Source: Archangium sp.
GTDB lineage: Bacteria; Myxococcota; Myxococcia; Myxococcales; Myxococcaceae
Direction of reading: 5' to 3'
Assembly (NCBI GenBank): GCA_031367385.1
Contig: JANLPS010000038.1
Span: 1 to 12,749 of the forward strand
DNA length: 12,749 bases
Below the pieces are notes generated by a model. The model worked only from the letters and a program-made list of their open reading frames with translations. It was not told where the DNA came from and searched no databases. The position numbers and the translations under genes are program-made. Of this stretch, positions 6,668-12,749 are shown piece after piece (the stretch's first letter is position 1; each line of letters opens with the position of its first letter).

Positions 6668-7784
6668 TTATTCTGGGGCGTTCTTCGACGGGTTCTTGAC
6701 CCCCATCAACTGGGCGACGATGAACTCGTCCAAGTCTCCGTCGAGCACTTTGTCGGGCTGCCCCGAGTCGATGCCGGTGCGCAGGTCTTTGACGAGCCGG
6801 TACGGCGCCAGCACGTAGCTTCGAATCTGCGAGCCGAAGCTGGTCGCTGCTTTTTCTGATTCACGCGCCGCCGACTCGCTCTCGCGCTTCTTGACCTCGA
6901 GGTCGTACAACCGGGCCCGCAGAATCTTGAACGCCATGTCTTTGTTGGCGGTCTGGCTTCGCTCGGTCTGGGTGGTGATGATCAACCCGGTCGGCAAGTG
7001 ACGCAGCTGCGCCGTCGACGAGGTCTTGTTCACCTTCTGCCCACCAGCCCCCGAGCCGCGAATGAACTTCAATTCGTAATCGGTCTCGGGAATGTCGATT
7101 TTGATGTCGTCATCGACCTCGGGGTACACGTCGACCGACGCGAACGAAGTATGCCGGCGCGCGTTCGAGTCGTAGGGGCTGATTCGAACGAGCCGGTGCA
7201 CTCCGATTTCGGCCTTCATGTAGCCGTAGGCATTGTCGCCTTCGATGCGCATCGACGCGTTCTTGATGCCTGCTTCTTCACCCGCGTTGTAGTCGTTGAG
7301 CTCGACCTTCCACCCGCGGCGCTCGCAATAGCGCGTGTACATGCGAAGCAACATCGACGCCCAGTCCATCGACTCCGTCCCGCCTGCTCCGGAGTTGACG
7401 TCGAGAAAGCAATTGAGCCGGTCATTCGGGCCCGACAGCATCTTCTCGAGCTCGAGCTGCTTCACCTGCGTCTCGACCGCGGGCAACATCGCGACCGCTT
7501 CTTGTTTCGAAGCCTCGTCACCCATCTCTGCGGCCAGCTCGAGCAAGGTTCGCGCATCATCGAGGCCGCGCTGGGCCTTTTCATACGAAGCGATTTGCTT
7601 CTCGAGCTGCACCTTCTCGCGCAACAGCCCCTGGGCCTTGACGTTGTCGTCCCAAAAACCGGGCTGGGTCGAGTCTCGGTCGATCAGCATGATGCGGCTC
7701 TTCTTGCGCTCTACGTCAAAGAGACCCCCGAAGGCCGCCGAGCCTCGTCTGGAGATCAAGCATCATGGAAGCCGCGTCGCTCAT
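6668..7784 (-). CDS. prfB: Peptide chain release factor 2, translated via programmed +1 frameshift (join 7784-7719, 7717-6668; 371 aa)
   Basis: ORF1 from ATG 7784 reads MSDAASMMLDLQTRLGGLRGSL-stop, with GGGGG-TCT-CTT-TGA-C. The +1 frame continues DVERKKSRI...FWDD...GAGGTESMDWASML...GVHRLVRISPYD...RRHTSF...GAGGQKVNKT...FGSQIRSYV...VLDGDLDEFI. The ORF-track TTG start at 7759 is an artefact. Confidence 0.98.
7715..7730 (-). promoter_or_regulatory. RF2 autoregulatory +1 ribosomal frameshift site
   Basis: Minus strand CGGGGG TCT CTT TGA C: internal SD-like G run 3 nt upstream of the slippery CTT (7721-7719), in-frame TGA (7718-7716), followed by C. Confidence 0.97.
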
Positions 7785-7837
7785 GCAGCAGGGGTTAGAA
7801 CTTCTCGCCGCTGCGTTCAAGGCGTAAGACCCACGCG
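7785..7837. promoter_or_regulatory. 53-bp divergent intergenic region with overlapping candidate promoters
   Basis: Minus: TTGAAC (7820-7815)-N17-TAACCC (7797-7792)-N7-ATG of prfB. Plus: TAAGAC (7825-7830)-N7-ATG (7838) of the M20 gene, with a weak -35 TTCTCG at 17 nt spacing. No SD before either ATG. Confidence 0.55.
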
Positions 7838-9295
7838 ATGCTCAATCTGATTCTGACCGCCACGCTCGCCGCGGCCCCCGCCGAGCTGCAGCCCATTTAC
7901 GACCAGGTCACCAAGCAGCACGCTCAGTCGGTCGAGCGGCTGCGCAAGTGGGTCGCCTTGCCGACCATCGCGGCCGAGGGCCTCAACACCGAAGAGGGCG
8001 TCAAATACATGATGAAGCTCGCCACCGAGGCGGGCTTTCAAAGGGTCGAGCGCGTCGCCACCGACGGCAAGCCCGGAGTCTTCGCCACCCTCGACGCCGG
8101 CGCCGCGAAAACGGTCGGCCTGTACTTCATGTACGACGTGAAGCAGTTCGACCCCAAAGAATGGAGCAGCCCTCCACTCGCCGGGAAGATCGTCGACAAG
8201 CCGGGTTTCGGCAAAGTGATGATCGGCCGGGGCGCGGTGAATCAAAAAGGCCCTGAATCGGCATTTCTCGCGGCGCTCCATGCGATTCGAGCGGCGGGCA
8301 AGAAGCTGCCGGTCAACCTGGTGCTCGTCGCCGAGGGTGAAGAAGAGATCGGCTCCCCCCACTTTGCCCAAATCGTTCGGCGCCCCGACATCAGCGCGGC
8401 GCTCTCGAAGACCATCGGCGTGTTCATGCCCGGGGCCGGTCAAGGCTCCCAGGGCGAGGTCGAGGTCTCTTTGGGCGCCAAGGGCGTCGTCGAGCTCGAG
8501 CTGGTCGCCAGCGGCGAAAAGTGGGGCAAGGGGCCTGGCAAAGACGTGCACTCCGCGAACCGTGCGCGGCTCGACAGCCCGGCGTTTCACCTGGTGCAGG
8601 CCCTCGCGACTCTGGTCGACGCCAACGGAGACCCCGCCATCGACACCTTCGCGACGAAGGCCCGGCCGATCAGCGCCGACGAGAACGGCATGCTCGACAT
8701 CGCCATGGCCAAGCAGAGCGAGGCCGATGACAAGCAGCGCATGCAGGTCACCGCATGGGCCCACGACGCCGGGTACCGCGAGTCGTTGGCGCAGTTGGTC
8801 TCACGGCCGACGGTGAACATCGAGGGCCTCGTCGCGGGCTACACCGGCCCCGGCGGCAAGACCATGTTGCCGCACCGAGCGGTCGCCAAGCTCGACCTGC
8901 GCCTGGTGCCCGACATGACCTTCAACGATGCCGTCGCGGCGCTCAAAGCGCACCTCGCCAAGCGCGGCTTCGGCGACATCGAAGTGAACGTCAGCGGCGG
9001 CTATGACCCGACTTCGACTCCCGCGAGCGCAGAGCTCATTCGAAAGCAGCTCGCGACCTACAGAGCCCGCGGCTTGAACCCCAGCCTGTGGCCTCGCAAC
9101 GCCGGCTCGTACCCGGGCTGGGTGTTCACCGGAGCGCCGCTCTCGCTCGCGTCAGGCCACTTCGGGCTTGGCCACGGAGACGGAGCGCACGCGCCCAATG
9201 AGTTTTTCTTGATCGACAGCACCAACCCGAAGATCGGCGGCTACGACGAGGCCGTGAAGTCGCACGTCGAATACCTCTACGAATTGGGGCGGTAA
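7838..9295 (+). CDS. M20/M25/M40-family metallo-hydrolase (ArgE/DapE/dipeptidase-like), probably exported, atypical metal ligands
   Basis: 485 aa. Signal-like MLNLILTATLAAAP. EWSSPPL, GRGAVNQKG, VNLVLVAEGEEEIGS, GAKGVVELEL, DVHS, dimerisation domain PTVNIEGLVAGYTGPGGKTMLP...AKLDLRLVP, C-terminal GAHAPNE. Confidence 0.9.
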   Translation: MLNLILTATLAAAPAELQPIYDQVTKQHAQSVERLRKWVALPTIAAEGLNTEEGVKYMMKLATEAGFQRVERVATDGKPGVFATLDAGAAKTVGLYFMYDVKQFDPKEWSSPPLAGKIVDKPGFGKVMIGRGAVNQKGPESAFLAALHAIRAAGKKLPVNLVLVAEGEEEIGSPHFAQIVRRPDISAALSKTIGVFMPGAGQGSQGEVEVSLGAKGVVELELVASGEKWGKGPGKDVHSANRARLDSPAFHLVQALATLVDANGDPAIDTFATKARPISADENGMLDIAMAKQSEADDKQRMQVTAWAHDAGYRESLAQLVSRPTVNIEGLVAGYTGPGGKTMLPHRAVAKLDLRLVPDMTFNDAVAALKAHLAKRGFGDIEVNVSGGYDPTSTPASAELIRKQLATYRARGLNPSLWPRNAGSYPGWVFTGAPLSLASGHFGLGHGDGAHAPNEFFLIDSTNPKIGGYDEAVKSHVEYLYELGR

Positions 9296-9297
9296 CG

Positions 9298-10176
9298 ATG
9301 GAGCTCAAGCTCGAAGGCGTCTCGAAGAAGTACCCCAACGGCGTCCAAGCGCTGAGCGATGTGAGCCTGACCATACCCCGCGGCATGTTCGGGTTGCTGG
9401 GGCCCAACGGCGCGGGCAAATCGACGCTGATGCGCTGCGTGTCGACCTTGCAAGACTTCGACACCGGCACGATTTCATTCGACGGCATCGACGTGAAGCG
9501 CAGCAAAGAGAAGCTGCGCGAGGTGCTCGGCTACCTGCCCCAAGACTTCGGCGTGTACCCAAAGGTCACCGCCTGGGACATGTTGGATCACCTGGCCCAG
9601 CTCAAGGGCCTCTCGGTGAAAAAGACGCGACATGACGCTGTCAAAGGTCTGCTCGCGCGCGTCAACCTCTGGGAGAACCGCCACCGACGCTTGGGCGGTT
9701 TTTCGGGCGGCATGAAGCAGCGCTTCGGCATCGCACAGGCGCTGCTGGGCAACCCCAAGTTGATCATCGTCGATGAACCCACCGCGGGCCTCGACCCGGC
9801 GGAGCGGTTTCGTTTTCACAACCTGCTCGCCGAGATCAGCGAAGACGTGGTGGTGCTGCTCTCGACGCACATCGTCTCAGACGTCGCCGATCTGTGCCCG
9901 AACATGGCGGTCTTGAGCGGCGGTAAGGTCATTCTGAGCGGGGCCCCGCTGAAGCTGATCGACGACTTGAAGGGCAAGCTGTGGCGCAAGTTCGTGACTC
10001 CGGCTGAGCTCGAGGCGGTCTCGAAGGCGCATCAGGTGATCGCCGTGCGGCGGGTCGCGGGCAAGCGCCTGGCCCACGTGTACGCCGAGGCCGCGCCTGA
10101 CTCCGGGTTCGAGCCCGCGGGGCCTGATTTAGAAGACGTCTATTTTCACCAGCTCTCTGTGGCGACGAGGAGCTGA
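9298..10176 (+). CDS. ABC transporter ATP-binding protein (ABC-2/multidrug-type)
   Basis: 292 aa. Walker A GPNGAGKST, Q-loop GYLPQ, signature FSGGMKQR, Walker B LIIVDEPT, H-switch LSTH, C-terminal DLEDVYF. Starts 2 nt after the M20 stop. Confidence 0.97.
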   Translation: MELKLEGVSKKYPNGVQALSDVSLTIPRGMFGLLGPNGAGKSTLMRCVSTLQDFDTGTISFDGIDVKRSKEKLREVLGYLPQDFGVYPKVTAWDMLDHLAQLKGLSVKKTRHDAVKGLLARVNLWENRHRRLGGFSGGMKQRFGIAQALLGNPKLIIVDEPTAGLDPAERFRFHNLLAEISEDVVVLLSTHIVSDVADLCPNMAVLSGGKVILSGAPLKLIDDLKGKLWRKFVTPAELEAVSKAHQVIAVRRVAGKRLAHVYAEAAPDSGFEPAGPDLEDVYFHQLSVATRS

Positions 10177-10182
10177 CCCACC

Positions 10183-12749
10183 GTGCTCACCTCGCTGATC
10201 GCCTTCGAGCTCAAGCGGCGCACCAAGATGCTGTCGTCTTGGGTCTATGCCCTGGTGCTGTTTCTCGCTCCGATGTTGATGATTCTCGACGCGGGCGGGG
10301 TCTTCAAGTCGATCTCGACCAGCTCGGGTGGCGAGAAGGTGCTGGCCAACTCGCCCTACACGCTCTTCAACATCGTGGGCGGGGTGAGCTTGTTCGGCTT
10401 GCTCGCGGTCGCGGCCATCTTCGGCCAGGCAGCGCATCAAGACTTCGAGCACAACACCTGGCAGATCATCTTCACCAAGAACATCAAGAAGGCGCCGTAC
10501 CTGCTGGGCCGCTTCTTGGGCGCGTGGGTCTTCTCATCGGGGTTGATGCTGGCGATCGCCGCTGGGTTGCTCTTTGGCACCGGCGTAGTGGCGCTGCTCG
10601 AGCCCAAGCAACTCACCCACTTCAACCTCATCGCGTATCTGTGGCCGTACGTGGTTCAGGTGTGGCCGATGCTGTTCACCTGCGGCGCGCTCTTCTTCAC
10701 CATCGCCGCGGTGACCCGGCGCATGGCCCCGGTCTACGTCGGCATGGTCGTGCTGGTGATGGGCTACCTGGTGGTCTCCGCCCTGATGGAAGACGTGCAG
10801 AACAAGACACTGGCCGCCATGCTCGACCCGTTCGGGATCACCGCGTTCGAGGTGGTGACGCGCTACTGGTCTCCGGCGGAGCGCAACGCAGACCTGGTCA
10901 GCTTGAGTGGGTTGTTGCTGGCCAATCGCGTGATCTGGGTTGCAGTGGGGTTTGCCTTCTTGGGCCTGGCGATCGCTCGATTTCGCCCGTTGGTCGAAGA
11001 GCAGAAGGGCACGCCGAAAGAAGATCTCGAGCAGGCGCCAGCGATGGCGGCGGTGCCGGCCGTGGCGGCGACTCCGACGACGGGCTCGTGGCTGCGCACG
11101 ATGTTCTCGACCGCGTGGCTCTCGTTTCTCGATGTGATTCGCTCGCCGGTGTACCTGTCGTTCTTGGCGGCCGGGTTCGCGTTCGTGATTTTGCTGGTCG
11201 CCGTCTCGAAGCAGATCTTCGGCACCGCGACGCTGCCGGTGACCTACCAGGTGCTCGAATTGGCGGCCGGTGCGTTCAGGCTCTTCGCGCTGATCACCAT
11301 CACCTTCTACGCGGGCGAGATCGTCTGGCGCGAGAAAGACGCCGGGCTCGATGATCTGGTCTCGTCGACGCGCACGCCGACCTGGGTCATTTTCGGCAGC
11401 AAATTCATCGCGCTGGTGATGGTGGCGGCCTCACTGCAGGTGGTGGTGGGCGCCGCAGCGCTGGGCTGGCAGCTCAGCAAGGGCTACTTCGGCATCGACC
11501 TTCACCAGTACGTGATTCAGCTCACCGTGTTCGGGTTCTTGAAAGATCTCGCGCTGTGCGCGTTGGCGATGGTGCTGCAGGTGTTGATCAACCAAAAGTA
11601 CCTCGCGCACTTCGGCATGATTTTGTACTTCGCGTCGAGCATCGCGCTCAACCTCTTCGGCATCGAAGATCAGCTCGTGCTGTACGGCGCAGAGCCGCGC
11701 ATTCAGTACTCCGACATGAACGGGTACGGCCAGAAGCTCGGGGCGGTGGCCTGGTTTCGCGGGTACTGGTGGGCGTGGGCGGCGTTGCTGCTGCTGACCG
11801 CTTGGCTGTTCATGGTTCGCGGCCGCGAGACCTCTCGGCGCATGCGACTGGCCGAAGCGCGGCGGCGATTCACCGGCCCCGTGAAGCTGGGGTTCGCGGT
11901 GGCACTGGCGCTGGTGATCGGCACCGGCGCGTTCATTTTCTACAACACGCACATTCTCAACCCCTACGAGACCGCCAAAGACGGCGAGCGCCAGCAGGCT
12001 GCGTACGAGAAGGCCTACAAAGCCGAGTACGGCACCCTCGCCCAACCTCGCATCATCGGCCTCGACGTGAAGGTCGACATCTACCCCGAGCAGAACCGGC
12101 TCGACGCGAAGGGCGTGTACCGAATCAAGAACAAGACTGATCAGTCGATCAGCAAAGTGTTGATCAACGTGCCCGAGCACGACGCCACGAAGTCGATCAC
12201 GCTTCGAGGCGAGCCCGAGAAGTCACGCGCCGATCGAAACGGCTCTCGCTTCTTCGAGCTCACCCCCGCGCTGGCCCCCGGAGAAGAGGCCGACCTGGCC
12301 TTCGACCTCACGTGGGCGGAAGCAGGGTTCTCACACAAAGGCGCACCCCACGCGGTCGTCGGCAACGGCACCTTCATCAACAACGGCTGGTTCCCCTCGG
12401 TCGGGTACCAAGAAGGGCAGGAGCTGGGCGAAGACAACGACCGCAAGAAGTACGGCCTCGAGCCCAAGGAGCGCATGCGCGACCGCGATGACCCGGTCGG
12501 CTTGGCCAACAACTACATTCGCCAAGACTCCGACTTCATCTCGTTCAAGGCGACGGTGAGCACGAGCGGTGATCAGCTACCGGTCGCTCCGGGCACGGTG
12601 ACCCGGGAGTGGACCGAAAACGGCCGCAACTTCGCGAGCTTCGAGAGCGACCAGCCGATTCTCAACTTCGTGGCCTTCTTGTCGGCGCGCTACGAGCGAA
12701 AGAAAGACGAGTGGCAAGGCGTCAAGCTCGAGATCGACTACCACCCGGG
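10183..12749 (+). CDS. ABC-2-type permease (two tandem TM repeats) fused to a large extracytoplasmic domain, probably an M1-family aminopeptidase (partial, 3' end beyond right edge)
   Basis: Translated by hand: GTG 10183 (GAGGAG SD at 10167-10172), stop-free to the edge, 855 codons. MLTSLIAFELKRR...ANSP...QDFEHNTWQIIFTK...YLLGRFLG...LDPFG...RYWSPAERN. Second repeat FYAGEIVWREKD...SKF...YSDMNGYG. After the last TM (FIFYNTHILN, ~11950) it is soluble: YEKAYK...QPRI...VDIYP...NGTF...VSTSGDQLPVAPG...LSARY...IDYHPG. I recognise this pattern from ABC permease/M1 fusions, but the HEXXH motif is not inside the window. Confidence 0.85.
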   Translation, partial: MLTSLIAFELKRRTKMLSSWVYALVLFLAPMLMILDAGGVFKSISTSSGGEKVLANSPYTLFNIVGGVSLFGLLAVAAIFGQAAHQDFEHNTWQIIFTKNIKKAPYLLGRFLGAWVFSSGLMLAIAAGLLFGTGVVALLEPKQLTHFNLIAYLWPYVVQVWPMLFTCGALFFTIAAVTRRMAPVYVGMVVLVMGYLVVSALMEDVQNKTLAAMLDPFGITAFEVVTRYWSPAERNADLVSLSGLLLANRVIWVAVGFAFLGLAIARFRPLVEEQKGTPKEDLEQAPAMAAVPAVAATPTTGSWLRTMFSTAWLSFLDVIRSPVYLSFLAAGFAFVILLVAVSKQIFGTATLPVTYQVLELAAGAFRLFALITITFYAGEIVWREKDAGLDDLVSSTRTPTWVIFGSKFIALVMVAASLQVVVGAAALGWQLSKGYFGIDLHQYVIQLTVFGFLKDLALCALAMVLQVLINQKYLAHFGMILYFASSIALNLFGIEDQLVLYGAEPRIQYSDMNGYGQKLGAVAWFRGYWWAWAALLLLTAWLFMVRGRETSRRMRLAEARRRFTGPVKLGFAVALALVIGTGAFIFYNTHILNPYETAKDGERQQAAYEKAYKAEYGTLAQPRIIGLDVKVDIYPEQNRLDAKGVYRIKNKTDQSISKVLINVPEHDATKSITLRGEPEKSRADRNGSRFFELTPALAPGEEADLAFDLTWAEAGFSHKGAPHAVVGNGTFINNGWFPSVGYQEGQELGEDNDRKKYGLEPKERMRDRDDPVGLANNYIRQDSDFISFKATVSTSGDQLPVAPGTVTREWTENGRNFASFESDQPILNFVAFLSARYERKKDEWQGVKLEIDYHP

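Noticed and set aside
7716..7718. In-frame TGA in prfB as a pseudogene or sequencing error
   Set aside because: It matches the canonical RF2 programmed frameshift signal exactly.
2383..7850. Long plus-strand ORFs such as 4945..5814 and 6998..7798
   Set aside because: Antisense to well-supported genes (lysS, SDR, ECF, prfB); a codon-bias artefact.
7817..8764. 315 aa minus-strand ORF
   Set aside because: Antisense shadow of the M20 gene.
10239..12525. ORF-track calls 10239..11354, 11556..12140, 11431..12180 and others
   Set aside because: Alternative frames of the long open frame from 10183, which the track omitted because it has no stop inside the window.
1..12749. tRNA/rRNA, CRISPR array, IS/prophage, defence island
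   Set aside because: All intergenic gaps are 53 bp or less. I saw no repeat-spacer pattern, transposase/integrase motif or obvious compositional shift by eye.

Overview
High-GC bacterial chromosomal window, probably Myxococcota (inferred from the RF2 GGQ context and gene order, not checked). It is about 98% coding and holds two divergent blocks. Minus strand, right to left: prfB (RF2, with a programmed +1 frameshift the ORF track misses), a YafK/DpaA-type L,D-transpeptidase-family gene, an ECF sigma factor, a small membrane-anchored putative anti-sigma, an SDR oxidoreductase, lysS, and a LolC/E-family permease with a ~300 aa extra N-terminal membrane domain (runs off the left edge; absent from the ORF track). 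Plus strand: a probably secreted M20-family hydrolase with non-canonical metal ligands, an ABC ATPase, and a large ABC-2 permease fused to what looks like an M1-aminopeptidase domain (runs off the right edge; absent from the ORF track). I found no RNA genes, CRISPR arrays or mobile elements. The strongest non-coding signals are a sigmaE-like promoter (GGAACC-N16-GTCTGA) overlapping the ECF gene's apparent start, and a recurring 'TAnnnn-N6/7-ATG, no Shine-Dalgarno' layout suggesting leaderless transcripts for prfB, lysS, the SDR and the M20 gene.
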